Source: Trypanosoma brucei
Lineage: Eukaryota
NCBI GenBank assembly: GCA_000002445.1
Contig: CM000208.1
Location: 1,888,001 to 1,952,000, forward strand
Direction of reading: 5' to 3'
DNA length: 64,000 nucleotides
Shown here: positions 52,898 to 64,000 of the stretch, piece by piece
How the letters are laid out: each line of letters opens with the position of its first letter
Position numbering within the stretch: position 1 is the first letter of the stretch
Position numbers and translations under genes: made by a program
Notes under the pieces: generated by a model
The model's input: only the letters and a program-made list of their open reading frames with translations
Told to the model about the DNA's origin: nothing
Database searches by the model: none

Positions 52898-53884
52898 TTA
52901 CCAATCAATAATGAAATCGTCGGTGTACGTTTTTTCTGTTCCCTCAAGTACGTTTTCTGGGGAACCCACCAAACCCTTGTCATCTTCCTTTTCACCAACC
53001 GCTCCTTCAGCAGGTAGTGGCAAACTTTCCACCATATCCGACTTCTGCGCGTGTGACTCCTCCTTGAAATCAAAACTAAACTCAACATCTGCATTCGCGG
53101 TCCCTCCGGGATCTGTTGCCACTTCTGAAGTGGGAAGAAGTTGCAGAGTGCCTGCCTCCAGCTGACGGAGTGTTTCCTCTTCTTCCTTGTCTAACTTACG
53201 GTTCCGCGCCTGTTGTCTTTTCTCCTCCCTTTTCTTCAGGCGGGTGTTGAAGGTTGCGAGATCTATACTCGTCCGCGATGCCAAAGCGGCGCGTACATCA
53301 GCTGGTCGCCTACGAAGTTCGCGGTGGTAAAGCCGCTTAACCTCATCGCGGGATTTGTCCGTGTATAGAACTGCAATGGCATTGAAGTCGGTTCCATACT
53401 GTGAGAGGAATTTATAAAAGTCTACCAACTCTTCTTCTGTCCAACTAAATCGCGATCGCTTTCGCCAACCGAACAATTTTTTTGCGTTTTCTTCCTCCTC
53501 ACTATCTTCGTCCATCTCTTCCTTCTGCTCCCTGTCATCATGATCTCCCTCATTTTTTTTCACGGCAACTGCTCGATGTTGCGTTCTTGCCGTCATCACG
53601 AGCTTTTGATTAGCCTGTATCGCTTGCCGTATGGGTCGCTGCTGGTTTGGTGGTAACGTCGTTGGTGGAAGCTGCTCCACGGGAGTGCTTGACAGCGCTT
53701 GCAGGGGAATATCATTGTTTAGGCACGGAACTGCGCCGTGCTCGTCATTCTCATCAGTAGGATTTGGCGGAAAATCGAAGTCACTGTAATCCATCAGTGT
53801 TTTGCATAATGCGTAAGAGGTGGGTTCTAACAGGTACGCGTGGGGTGTGTTCCGGGATAACAACACTTCTACTGTGGAACGCAA
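52898..53884 (-). CDS. SANT/Myb-like domain protein with acidic and basic tracts. Candidate chromatin or transcription factor, Bdp1-like possibility.
   Basis: SANT consensus visible: FSWTEEELVDFYKFLSQYGTDFNAIAVLYTDKSRDEVKRLY. 328 aa. Confidence 0.5.
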   Translation of the reverse strand: MRSTVEVLLSRNTPHAYLLEPTSYALCKTLMDYSDFDFPPNPTDENDEHGAVPCLNNDIPLQALSSTPVEQLPPTTLPPNQQRPIRQAIQANQKLVMTARTQHRAVAVKKNEGDHDDREQKEEMDEDSEEEENAKKLFGWRKRSRFSWTEEELVDFYKFLSQYGTDFNAIAVLYTDKSRDEVKRLYHRELRRRPADVRAALASRTSIDLATFNTRLKKREEKRQQARNRKLDKEEEETLRQLEAGTLQLLPTSEVATDPGGTANADVEFSFDFKEESHAQKSDMVESLPLPAEGAVGEKEDDKGLVGSPENVLEGTEKTYTDDFIIDW

Positions 53885-54347
53885 TCAATAGACAACAATT
53901 TCTTAACGGACTTAAAGCGGATTTTTTTTCCAATGAAAAATAAGCAAAAAAAAAATAAGCAAAGAAGGGAAGAAATATTGTACCCCGAGGGAAAGGTGGA
54001 ATGACATAGACAGTTATGGAATATATGTATATATTCATGTCACCCCTGCGGAGTTATTGGACACGGGCGACCGATTCCCTGGGACCCAGCTGGTGATAAA
54101 ACATTTCGACAACTGCGCAAAACTGAAAACTTGTACTTAACTCAAATCGTGGAAATCTGCAGACCCCCCTTAATCATGTTTGCCAATATGGGTAGTCGTT
54201 TGTGTAAGCAACAGGTAAGAAAAATCAAAAGAAGGAGGGAGGAGGGAGGGGGTCACTTTGGAAAGAAAGAAGAACAACACTAAGTGAAAGTATGAGCGAA
54301 AAAAAGAAGAAAAGAACAAAAAACGACGACAGCGCAGTTCCAACAAA

Positions 54348-55073
54348 CTAAATACCTCCCCTTTGGTGCTTCGCTGATGTCAGTGGGACAAATCGTACTC
54401 CACCGTGGTTAGTGGAGGAGATGTGACCGTCCATATCCTTCGTGTAAACGCGCAAAGTTTGTGCCTCGCCCTCTCTTCCAACAGGAATAACGAGGCATCC
54501 GCCTGGCTTTAATGCATCAATATAAACCTGCGGCACTGTTGCCGCAGCAGCTCCAACATGAATAACATCAAAGTCAGGCACTTTCTGCCCGAGAAGTCCG
54601 GTTATATTCCTACCATCTCCTTCAATGAACTTAATTCGCCCTTCCTCCACCCACGACCGAAAATGCTTATTCACCACTTCTGTTGATCGAACCACCAGTT
54701 CCGAGATGTGTTCTACTCCGATTACAGTTCCTCCCCTACCACTGCAAAGTTCCGCAAGGACGGCTGTGAGGTATCCGCTTCCGCTACCAACGTCCAACAC
54801 CGTGGCTGGCTTTACGCCCTCTGGGGTTCGGAGGAGAAATGGAGCGATGATCTCCACCATAATGGCGTGCATGTGGGGTGCACTGATGGTTGCGCCGTAT
54901 CCAATGGGAACGGGCTGGTCGCTGTATGCCACTTCGGGTGGCGAATGCGGCAAAAACCAGCCGCGATCAACACGACGAAAGGCCTCGATAACGGCAGGCG
55001 TGACTAACAGCGAAGCCGCTTCTAAACGTTGAATCATACCGGCATTGGTTACACCGGAACATGTCCATGCCAT
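54348..55073 (-). CDS. PCMT: Protein-L-isoaspartate (D-aspartate) O-methyltransferase (PIMT/PCMT).
   Basis: SAM-binding motif I VLDVGSGSGYLTA. PIMT-specific blocks YSDQPVPIGYGATISAPHMHA and FDVIHVGAAA...ALKPGGCLVIPVG. 241 aa. Confidence 0.85.
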   Translation of the reverse strand: MAWTCSGVTNAGMIQRLEAASLLVTPAVIEAFRRVDRGWFLPHSPPEVAYSDQPVPIGYGATISAPHMHAIMVEIIAPFLLRTPEGVKPATVLDVGSGSGYLTAVLAELCSGRGGTVIGVEHISELVVRSTEVVNKHFRSWVEEGRIKFIEGDGRNITGLLGQKVPDFDVIHVGAAAATVPQVYIDALKPGGCLVIPVGREGEAQTLRVYTKDMDGHISSTNHGGVRFVPLTSAKHQRGGI

Positions 55074-56111
55074 AGGATCCCTGAAAGCAAACCTTTGTGA
55101 TGAGAAAAAAAAAAGTGAAACAAAAAAAGGGCAGGGGCAAACAGTAAATGTTCAGAAAAGTTGCGAGGAAGAGCGCTGGCAGAATAGAAACACGAGCCGC
55201 TGAGAGGCAGATAGACAGAAATAGATTATGAACACGGGGGAATAGCTCCATTTCCATTACTACCAATTTCTCTCGTCCAGTAAGCCGAAGCCAGAGATGC
55301 GTTACCCTGAGGGGCCTAAGACGTACCATTGCGTTGAAGAACTGGATCAAGTAACTGCCGTATTCCCCCGCTCCTCCTTTCCTTTCCCCAATGCCAGTAC
55401 ACACCGCATTTGCAATAATATATGTGCGTGTTGGTGTTAGGGAACCGAACGTCCATTCACCGGTTATGTGCAGGCAGGCACACGGAGGCTAGAGCTTTTT
55501 TTTTTTTTTGGGACACCACTCCTGCCCTTCTTCTTTTCATTTTCTTTCCTCTCCACTGGGTACATGTGCAGCTTAGTAGTGAAGTACGTGTGTACGCAAC
55601 TACTTTTTCCTTTTTTTTTTTCAATACAAGTTCTACTTTCATTGCTGCCGCTTGTGCGACGCTTGAAGAGAGGCAGACGTCACCTTCCTATTGATACGTA
55701 CTTTTTTTAAAAGAAACTTGAAGTAATATATGTATATATTTATTTATATTGTACCGTTCACCTTACGCTTTGATGAATTCCCTGCTTTCTTCCACTTGAA
55801 ATCAAACACACAACAAAGAAAGAGTTTTCGTTTCATTTTTCCTGTTACTTCTCACCTTTTTTTTTTTGGAACCTCCCTCCTTTTTTTCCCCTTCTCCTCT
55901 CCTTTCTTCTCTTTCATTTCATTTCTTTCCGTCTCTCTTTCACACTTTTTAAGTTTATCCTCTATCCAACCGACTCGGGCTCGTACTTATGAAGAAACTT
56001 TTTCCACTCCCCCCTTTAAATTATGTCAAGGGCTCGCGCTATTGTCTTTCCTAACGCCTCATCCGCTTCTCGGCTATTTTTCTTTTGATTTTTTTAAAAA
56101 TTATCTTATCT

Positions 56112-56128
56112 TATATATATATATATAT
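56112..56128. repeat. (TA)n microsatellite.
   Basis: Read directly. Confidence 0.9.
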
Positions 56129-56776
56129 TGCCTTTTTTCTCACTGTTGTAACTGATGCTATGCGAGAACAATATTCACCCAACGCGCACGCGTAGGGATG
56201 CAGAGAGAAAATTGCACGATTGGTCATCTCCCCCCTTCTTTCCCCTGAGGAGAGAAAAGGGCGACAGCGGTAGCAATAATGGCAACAAAGAGTAACAACA
56301 ACATGAACAGCAGCAGCAGCAGACAGAGAAGATATGTAACCCTTCACCTGCATGTGTTTTCCTTCTTTCTTTCACACATGCAGGTTCAGTTGCTCTCCAT
56401 TTTATCCCTTCCCTTTTCTACCCATTCCTGTCACTGTACTGTACACCCAAATCCAATCCCGGGAAACAATAAATGTACACGGCGCACCTTTCTTCTTTCC
56501 ACCTGCAAGTTCCCTCCTCTCTTTAATATTTTCTTTGCATCGGAGCATCGTGCCTCCTTAAGGGAAACTGCAGGAGCAAAAAGAAAAAGAGGGGCTTTAA
56601 GACAAAGCACATCAGCTAAACAAACCGACTAGAGACGTACCGGTGACCAAATTGTTTTTTTTGGTTTTTTTCTCTTCAAGAAAAGAAATTGTACTAGCAA
56701 ATTATATGTCAAACTGGTGGAAAGATATTTCTCTTTTTGTTTTTCTTTTGTTTATGTTCAGTGTTGCACAAATTGG

Positions 56777-57427
56777 CTACCGCGATCTGTTGGTTGCTGT
56801 AACCAAATCCGCATAAAGATCAACTTCCCTGGACACTCGCATAGGGGCTCGAACTGATGCTTCTGTCCTCTGCTCTTTTGCCCGTGGCTCACCATTACCC
56901 GCTGCACTTTCGGGTTTCGGCTCGGCTACGGCTACGGCTACGACTACGGCCGCTGCCGCCGGCCCGCTCGATGCCGCAATGACTTCGTGCCGTGCTGTCG
57001 CTGCATCATTCGCCGCATCCGTTTCCTCACGCTGCCTTCGTAATTCCTCCCTTTTGCGTGACATGCGTTCCCTGAGTGCACTGAGAGACAACAGCGGTGC
57101 CGCCTTATCTTCTCTCTTCTCTTCTTTTTCTATTTGCTTCGTCTGTTCCTTCTTTATCGCCTCCATAGCGGCGCGAATGGGGGCAATCACAGTTTCTTCC
57201 GCCCCGCACTCATTGAGAAATTCGACGAGCTGTCTGAGCGTCTTTCTCATGACCTCCTCAGCAGCTACCGGAGGCGGCAGTACATCTGCTGAGGTTTTTG
57301 CAAGCTTTTTGAAGTCCTCTCGGTCAATCACGCCTAACTGGACGTAGTCTTCCAGCACTTCTTTAATGCGATCAAGCACCTCACGCTTGTTTGCATACGT
57401 GCTGGCGGAGGCTTCTGACACGGTCAT
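56777..57427 (-). CDS. Hypothetical protein, coiled-coil and Ala-rich.
   Basis: 216-aa ORF in array orientation. No motif recognised. Confidence 0.35.
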   Translation of the reverse strand: MTVSEASASTYANKREVLDRIKEVLEDYVQLGVIDREDFKKLAKTSADVLPPPVAAEEVMRKTLRQLVEFLNECGAEETVIAPIRAAMEAIKKEQTKQIEKEEKREDKAAPLLSLSALRERMSRKREELRRQREETDAANDAATARHEVIAASSGPAAAAVVVAVAVAEPKPESAAGNGEPRAKEQRTEASVRAPMRVSREVDLYADLVTATNRSR

Positions 57428-58160
57428 AATAACTTTCTCCTCTTTTCCCCCCTAGCGGTCTAAATTGCCACTAAACGGCTTTCTTGACAATACAAAGAAG
57501 AAGAAAATGAACGGAAAAAAAAATAGGGGAAAAGAATACCAGTAAATAATCAAGGGAAAATATTACAGAACAAAAAATAAAGGGTTCACGTGCTCCCATG
57601 TGGAAAGGAGTGCGGGCAGCTGACGTGACGTACCATTCAAGCGCATCAAAAAAATTACCATGGGCAAAGTGCACCTCACTATACGTGTACGTGTGTTGAT
57701 GTTGGTACCAGTGAGAACAATGCGAAAGCATTTTTTTTCGCCCCGAACAAACGCAGAGAAATAAAGTCTGGCACATGTCACCTTCTTTTTCTTTTACTTT
57801 CTTGTGACTTACCCCACTGTGAACCCATGTATATGCTTGAAGATGGGCTTACAAATGCATATAAGACCGCATTTGTGCAACATGCAGCCCTCAAACTAGC
57901 TTCCACTTCCCTTCTACTCCCCGCTCGTTATGCAGTAACCGGGTTCCGCAACTCCTGCCTACAATTCACTACGTTCTTAAACAATGCCACTACTGCTTTA
58001 CTTCCATCGTCCTTTACACTCCTTTCGCCCATTTCCTGCGTTAGCCCGCTTCCAATGCCAAAAAAGCTATTTCGCCTCCCGCTTCTCACCACCTCCCCCG
58101 CTACGCAAACAAACTAATCATCTGCGCCATCGGCCCCTTAGATGTTACACCTGGTGAACT

Positions 58161-58736
58161 CTACGCAAATCTATCGGCAACCTGCCATGCCTTTATGCGA
58201 TACTCTGCCACTGGGTTGTTCACAAACTGTTTCTCATAGAGCGCCTCGCGAACGCGCTGCCTATCACGTTGGTCACGTATTTCATCATAGGAATACAATT
58301 GATTTCGCTGGAAGTCTCGCTGGTAGTATCGCTCCCGTGCGATAAACTTAGTGAAGTTGTTCCATGCAAATACTACAACGTAGCACTTCCAAAACGACCA
58401 CCGAATTGAGGCTGCTGTGCGGTTAAGAAATCGAGTGTAGAAGAAATTAATAAAGCCTGCGCCAGCGAGACTCGTGACGACTACAGGAGTGCAGCGAATG
58501 TTTTGTCCCCAGAAAGTGCGCAAATTCCAATGCGATTCACCTTCCGGCACTTTATAGACCCGCTCCGCTAGTGCTTCGTCAGGCATCGCTTGGGTATCGA
58601 GGAAGAAATCGAAGTGACGGAAGTTGGGCTCAAAATTATTGTCGGCACGTGTGGTTGGGATAGAGCCATGCCAGTTAAATGATGTTGGGCCGAGGCCTTG
58701 TAGTATGGAAAACTGTCCTTGCGCAATGCCAGGCAT
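58161..58736 (-). CDS. Hypothetical protein.
   Basis: 191-aa ORF in array orientation. No motif recognised. Confidence 0.35.
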   Translation of the reverse strand: MPGIAQGQFSILQGLGPTSFNWHGSIPTTRADNNFEPNFRHFDFFLDTQAMPDEALAERVYKVPEGESHWNLRTFWGQNIRCTPVVVTSLAGAGFINFFYTRFLNRTAASIRWSFWKCYVVVFAWNNFTKFIARERYYQRDFQRNQLYSYDEIRDQRDRQRVREALYEKQFVNNPVAEYRIKAWQVADRFA

Positions 58737-59265
58737 ACCGCACTTCTATTTACAACTCCTCAACCCTACTATTAATTGTATTCCTCACTAAACCCTTCCC
58801 TTTCAATTACTAGTGCTCTACACGTCCTTGGCGTGCACCACCGCGCTCTTTTACACGTGCTACACACGAAACGTGTTAACATGCGTAATAAAAACATGTG
58901 ATGGAAGAAGATAGTGTGCATACACGAAGTCAAAAAAAAAAAAAGGGTCAATAGCAAAAACACAGTGGAAAACTACTCTCATGTTGCCCACATCCCTAAT
59001 GACAGCCAGGGTATGTGTCGTCTGAGAGCAATGGAGGCCTGTTTAACATTTATATACACAAGAATTTTGTACATTCTAAACATCCGTAACGTCACCCCGC
59101 TTACCCACCTTGAACACACAGAGTGTGTGCGTGTGTGGGAACAGCGAAATTATTGCTGGTGTGATGACAGACTTCAAATCTGCGGTTTAACTTCCTCCCC
59201 TCTCCACGGACAAACACAAAAATACACAACCACATTTCACTAGGCATGGCACTGTCCAGTTAACC

Positions 59266-61221
59266 TCAGGTATGGGCACGGGTTTCCAACAACAGCTTTG
59301 GTGGCATGTTCAACTGGAAGTTGGCGCCTCGCTGGACGTACTGACCAAGAAGATCACACAGCTCTGCGTTGTGCGCGCGAAGGCTATCCGTTTGTTCAAT
59401 CAAGGCTTTGCGCTGCTTTAACTGTTTAAGGTAACGGTCAAGTCCCTTCTCAAGAAATCCCCAAACCCGTCGGTGATCCACTGGCACGGAGTCGCCCATA
59501 CGTGTCCAATACTCCTTCTCCGCTATGCGCTGCCGTTCCCCTTGCTTTGCCTTCTCTGTCTGCGTGTTTTTCTTGTCAGATTGTTTCTGGCTCTCTAATT
59601 TTTGTGCTTGTTTCTGCGTTCGGGAATTGAGGAACGCCTGGAGCGCACTAACAGCGTCCTGTGGACTGATGAGGGTTGCTTCTCCGTCCTCATCGTCGAC
59701 AATGAAGAACTGTAACATATCTTCCATTTCCTCAGTCGTGCGTATTTGCAGTGTGGAGAGAATGGCCTCAATGTTAGCCCGCTCTTCAGTTATCCCATTA
59801 ACCATTTCAATCGCCTCTAATACATTGTTGTCCGCAATAAACGGTGCCTGTTGTTTCAGGATCCCGAGCAGCATAACGGCTTCCTCGGACAGTTCAATTT
59901 CTTCGTCACTACTAACGGCGTCTTCTTCCTCCACAACATTCGTCAACTGATCTTCGTGCCAGTAGTTCAACTCCGGGGGTTTCCACGGCATGCCGAGAAT
60001 ATCTTCAAATATAACACGATCTGCCTGAAGGCATTTCTGCACCAACTGAGTGTTTTTCTCCTCATGCATTCGCCACAACCGACGGTACTTCTCCCTATCC
60101 GCTTTTTCAAATAACTGAAATTTTCTCTGTAGGTCACGGTACTGTCCTGCAACACGATGCAGCTGGGCAGTGAGGTCCTTGTTAGCGCGTTGGTATCGCT
60201 TCTCAGACTCTGCGTAGCGGGAAACGAGGGAGCTCAACGTGTCCTGCAACCGCGCCAACTTTCTCTTGTTCAGAGTCTGTGTGTTTTTGTTTTCCTTTAT
60301 GCGCTCGCGAAGTACCTGTAGGTTATAGCTCAACCGCTCCCCATTGAGGAGAAACTCCGCCTTACACCGCTCAAGTTCCTCCATTAGGGAATGAATCTCC
60401 TTCAAATGCTCCCGCTTAATCTCGTTGTACTCCTCTCGACTGTCGCAGTGCTTGTCATCCATCTTCTTCTGCGCCTCTAAAATCTTTGCTTCCCTCTTCT
60501 TACGGTACTCCGTCTCGCGTGTGCGGCGTACCTTCATGAGTTGCTGAATCTCCTCATTATATTTTGCGATACGGCCCTGCCGTTCCTGCTCGTACGTGCT
60601 CTCCACTTCCCGAAGCTTGCGCGTGTAGCTGTCTAGATACTTTTCCGTCTGATTGCGCATCTCCTCGATAAGACTTCTTACATCCTCTGCGTTCCGTCGC
60701 AACGCCACTACGAACTCTTCCTCCCGTTCTTCTAACTGTAACCGGAGGGCCTCGATGAGACGATCCTTTACTGCAATCACCTCTTCGCAGCTCTTCTGTT
60801 GGTCGTCGAGGGCGCGCTGCATGTCGTGGGGGACGTCCAGTTTATAAATAGACTCGAACCTTAATTGAATTGCACCGCTCCGGGCTTCGTTTTCCTCCGC
60901 ATCTTCCTCCCGCTTCTTCCGGCGCTCTATCAGTGCAACTTCTTCACGGCTCCGACGATCACTTTCATTTGCACATGCAGCGACATCCCAGTTGGTTAAC
61001 GCGCTGTGCGCTTTATTATAAACCTCCGCCATCTCTTCACGTACCTCTTGAATGCGTTGCCCTCCCAAATCTTTTGGTGCATCATCCTCTTCCACTGTTA
61101 TAGTGTTTTGTATCTCGTCGCCATCTCCGTTCATGCAGCGCATCATCTTTAAGACGCGCTGTCGGCGTGCGGCGATGCGCTGCTCCTGCGACTCATCGGC
61201 TTTGTCGCCTCCCGTCTCCAT
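59266..61221 (-). CDS. Coiled-coil protein. Possibly an axonemal/flagellar structural protein, of the DRC-like class (guess).
   Basis: 651 aa dominated by heptad-like charged repeats. The class assignment is not supported beyond composition. Confidence 0.5.
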   Translation of the reverse strand: METGGDKADESQEQRIAARRQRVLKMMRCMNGDGDEIQNTITVEEDDAPKDLGGQRIQEVREEMAEVYNKAHSALTNWDVAACANESDRRSREEVALIERRKKREEDAEENEARSGAIQLRFESIYKLDVPHDMQRALDDQQKSCEEVIAVKDRLIEALRLQLEEREEEFVVALRRNAEDVRSLIEEMRNQTEKYLDSYTRKLREVESTYEQERQGRIAKYNEEIQQLMKVRRTRETEYRKKREAKILEAQKKMDDKHCDSREEYNEIKREHLKEIHSLMEELERCKAEFLLNGERLSYNLQVLRERIKENKNTQTLNKRKLARLQDTLSSLVSRYAESEKRYQRANKDLTAQLHRVAGQYRDLQRKFQLFEKADREKYRRLWRMHEEKNTQLVQKCLQADRVIFEDILGMPWKPPELNYWHEDQLTNVVEEEDAVSSDEEIELSEEAVMLLGILKQQAPFIADNNVLEAIEMVNGITEERANIEAILSTLQIRTTEEMEDMLQFFIVDDEDGEATLISPQDAVSALQAFLNSRTQKQAQKLESQKQSDKKNTQTEKAKQGERQRIAEKEYWTRMGDSVPVDHRRVWGFLEKGLDRYLKQLKQRKALIEQTDSLRAHNAELCDLLGQYVQRGANFQLNMPPKLLLETRAHT

Positions 61222-61260
61222 CTTCTGTCCCTCTGCCCGTGTGAGGAAAAGATGTATGAC

Positions 61261-61330
61261 GGTAAATATAAAACCTGGCTAAAAAAAAAAAGGAAGAACG
61301 AAAGCAGGGGGGAGGGAAGGAGCAAAAGAG
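61261..61330 (+). promoter_or_regulatory. Purine-rich plus-strand tract, equal to a polypyrimidine tract on the coding strand, 5' of the 59266-61221 CDS. Candidate trans-splice acceptor region.
   Basis: aaaacctggctaaaaaaaaaaaggaagaacgaaagcaggggggagggaaggagcaaaagag, read directly. Confidence 0.4.
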
Positions 61331-61776
61331 TTAAGCGAATTAATTAATTAAGTAATGCTAGAGGAGTGCGAACAAATGTACGTAACGTGACGCCACGCAA
61401 CGGCAGCTTCAAAAGCGTAACAAATGCTCATGATAGCAAGAGTCATATCAGACATACCACCACCAACAGGCTCAAAAACAGAGAAACAAAACAAAAACAG
61501 AAAAAAAAAGAGTAAAAGAAATGGACATAGCGGAACCACGGAAGATTCATTTGGGAGATAGGAAAAATGAACAAAAAAAAATGAAAGAACTATCCAAATT
61601 CGTGAACATCCTCGGGAAGTTCATCAGATAGTCGGAGACCTCTTTCCCCTCTTTTTCATTCCCTCTTTTCCCGTTTTCTCCCCCATCTCTTGGATCTCTA
61701 GAGTGCGTTGCCTGAGTTCGCTACACTCAGCTTCCTCCCACACTCATCCCCTCTCTATGTAACACGGTATGGTCAA

Positions 61777-61802
61777 ATATATATATATATATATATATAT
61801 AT
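61777..61802. repeat. (AT)n microsatellite.
   Basis: Read directly. Confidence 0.9.
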
Positions 61803-63104
61803 TAACAGCACGCACTCCCACAACTTAACTTAACTTTCCTCCCGCCACCAAACCACAGCGCCCCCACCCTTTCATTTTCTTTTTTCCCCTTATTCTCCAC
61901 TTTTCTTTTCTTTTCTTTCCTCCTTCTTTCTTCTGTTTCTTCATTTAACAAAACTTCATTCGCTCACCCGCTCATCTTTTCTTTCATTTTTTCTTTCCTT
62001 CCTTTTTCCTCTGACTACGAGACCAAATTCAAATTTTAGCATATGGAATAAAAGGCAACAGTAAGCTGGATGATGGAAAAAAAAAGCAAAACAAAGCAAC
62101 GTGGAGGCGGATTCTTGTTCAGTTCTTCAGGCGATGAAGCGACAGACACAATTAAAAAAACACAACAACAACAACAACAATAACCAAAAGAACAAAAAAA
62201 GAACAAAAAAAAAAGACTTATTTCCTCCTTGCCTATTTATTGGACTCCTTCTTTTTGTGTGTTCTTACACATGCAACATCTCACCCACGTACGCATGTAT
62301 ATAATAAGAATATGGTTGGAACTGTATAGGTAATGTTGGCGGCTTCAAATTACCTTTTGCTCTCAGCCATTAAAAAATTGGTTTTGAAATTTTGACACCA
62401 CATGAACAAATAAACAAACAAACAGACAACAAACAAATAAATAAATGGAAGACAAAAACAGAAGTGGCACTCTATTACACACGGCCGAAGAGAGAAAAAA
62501 AGGTAGAGGATACTACCTCACGACGTACGAACAAACAAAAACACACATTTACACCCGCACTTGCGCAACAGTTTATATGTGGTTTTGCATGTGCACAATT
62601 TGCATGCATTCTTCTCGCATGCATTCCTTTCGTACGATTGCTTCCCACACAACACTGCAGCAGTCCATGCCGTAGCTCTAAACTCCGAATCGCAACATCT
62701 TCCCTGTACATTTCCCTTCCCTTCCTTCTGAGCTCTTTGTCTCTCTTTTTTTTTTCCCTACCCTTTCCTTCGCTTGCCTTCATACGCATTTTCCCCCTTC
62801 ATTCATTTACGCACGTCACCGGTTCCTGTTTCTTTTGCGTTCACGCTTCCGTTCCTGCTTTTTTTCCTTTTTTGCACTCCACAGACGGTAAGTTGGAGGG
62901 TGAAGGAAAATGTACGACTGCTAAGGACACATAATGAAGGAATGAGCTGTGCGATGCGGGATGAAAAGGAAAGACGAGATGGAGTATTTCTATATGTTTC
63001 ATTTTGTATGTGATGCCTGTTTGTAACACAAGCGTTTGTTTTTTTTTCCATTTTTCCATTCTTCCCTTATTTTCATGCGCTCACCTCTCGCGTTATTGTT
63101 GTCG

Positions 63105-63129
63105 CTCCTCTCTCTCTCTCTCTCTCTTC
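63105..63129. repeat. (CT)n microsatellite.
   Basis: Read directly. Confidence 0.9.
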
Positions 63130-63781
63130 ATTTAACTACAGCACGTTCGCAAAGCACTAAATAACAACTAGCGCGGTAGCTGCAGAAATATCGTCGCTGG
63201 CGGCAAGGACTAAAGTGAGTGCAAGAAAGAATACAAAAACAAAGAAAAAAACTGTGCAAGCGAAAGAGAAAGAAGACTTCTCAAGCGCTTGTCTTCCAGT
63301 CAAAGGGAAAATGCTGCCTAACACCTCGCGGAGATGTCCACGACGGTGCCTCAATTCAATGTCTCGAAGTAGTTAATCAAGATGAAGCGGTAGAGGACCT
63401 ATCAGTGTGAAAAATTGCCGTTTTCAGCTTCCATTCATCCTTCCTCATAGTTTTCTTCAGCACTTCTTCCCCCTTTTTATCTTCTCCTCGACATGTATAC
63501 GCATACGCAGCGCTATGATAAGTAAATTGATGGCTTTATTTCTTCGCGGGGGATTTTTTTTTACTTGTCTTACCTGTGACTTGCCCCATCGCGCGTCTGC
63601 TTCCCATCCATTCAAGGAGACCTTATCCCCCTCTGGAACAAAATATTGTAGGAAATAAACCGTGTCGGTGGGCCAACCAGTGCAGTCTCCCTTCTCCACA
63701 GCCTATCATGAGCTCTTTTCTTCACTTTCCACCTCAAATTTCTGTTTTGGCTCACTTGTATTTTTTGTACGTGTGCGTACG

Positions 63782-63785
63782 TATA

Positions 63786-63821
<36 letters not shown>
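63782..63821. repeat. (TA)n/(AT)n compound microsatellite.
   Basis: Read directly. Confidence 0.9.
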
Positions 63822-63824
<3 letters not shown>

Positions 63825-64000
63825 GTGTATGGGAATATATGAATATATTTATATGCATTATGAGCTTCTCTCCTTGAAGCTGCCGGCAGTTTCCCATTCA
63901 ACTGGCAGCTACTGCCGGTGCTGGATGGACCAAATATCCGAACAAACTCCCCTTTCCTTTTCTATATGGCCACATTCAGGTACCCATTGGGCATAGTAAA

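Noticed and set aside
62392-62934. 180-aa plus-strand ORF in the right-edge desert.
   Set aside because: Extreme low complexity (poly-Lys/Gln then Phe/Leu/Ser-rich). It derives from CT-rich and CAA repeats, on the wrong strand.
1-64000. Searched for prokaryotic-type novel systems: defence islands, CRISPR arrays, toxin-antitoxin pairs, integrases and mobile elements.
   Set aside because: The window is eukaryotic kinetoplastid in architecture: unidirectional intronless arrays, eukaryotic tRNAs including an A54/A60 initiator, and Sec23/UFD1/NSA2/ESF1 genes. There are no direct repeats with spacers, no integrase or transposase, no retrotransposon RT/EN ORF and no terminal inverted repeats.

Overview
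This window reads as nuclear DNA from a kinetoplastid (Trypanosoma-like) protist, not a prokaryote. That call is inferred from the gene content and architecture, not from any database search. All credible protein-coding genes lie on the minus strand as two head-to-tail polycistronic arrays, at about 250-14113 and 21647-61221. None has an intron. Each CDS has a purine-rich tract on the plus strand just 5' of its start, which is a polypyrimidine tract on the coding strand, as expected for trans-splice acceptors. A roughly 7.5 kb ORF-poor gap (14114-21646) separates the two arrays. The gap holds two Pol III tRNA clusters: Pro(AGG) and Thr(AGU) at 16001-16204, then Leu(AAG), initiator Met on the minus strand, and Pro(UGG) at 19650-20008. 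Each tRNA is followed by a T-run. The gap also holds a tRNA-like B-box fragment, long C/CA homopolymer tracts that are G/GT-rich on the coding strand of the downstream array, an AT-rich island, and an inverted repeat. The protein genes I can recognise are mostly housekeeping. They are a FtsH/YME1-like AAA metalloprotease, an importin-beta/transportin-like karyopherin, TMA16, a TBC Rab-GAP, an EFHC1/Rib72-like DM10 plus EF-hand protein, an ABCG half-transporter, NSA2, Sec23, a TEY-type MAP kinase, UFD1, a PCI-domain protein, ESF1, a SANT/Myb-domain protein and protein-L-isoaspartate O-methyltransferase. There are also several orphan or hypothetical ORFs, including one of 1432 aa and a pentapeptide-repeat ORF. 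I found no prokaryotic-style defence system, CRISPR array or mobile element. The most interesting structure is the tRNA-marked boundary between the two arrays, with candidate Pol II re-initiation elements and possible unannotated small RNA genes. All functional calls rest on motif recognition by eye and need HMM/BLAST confirmation.
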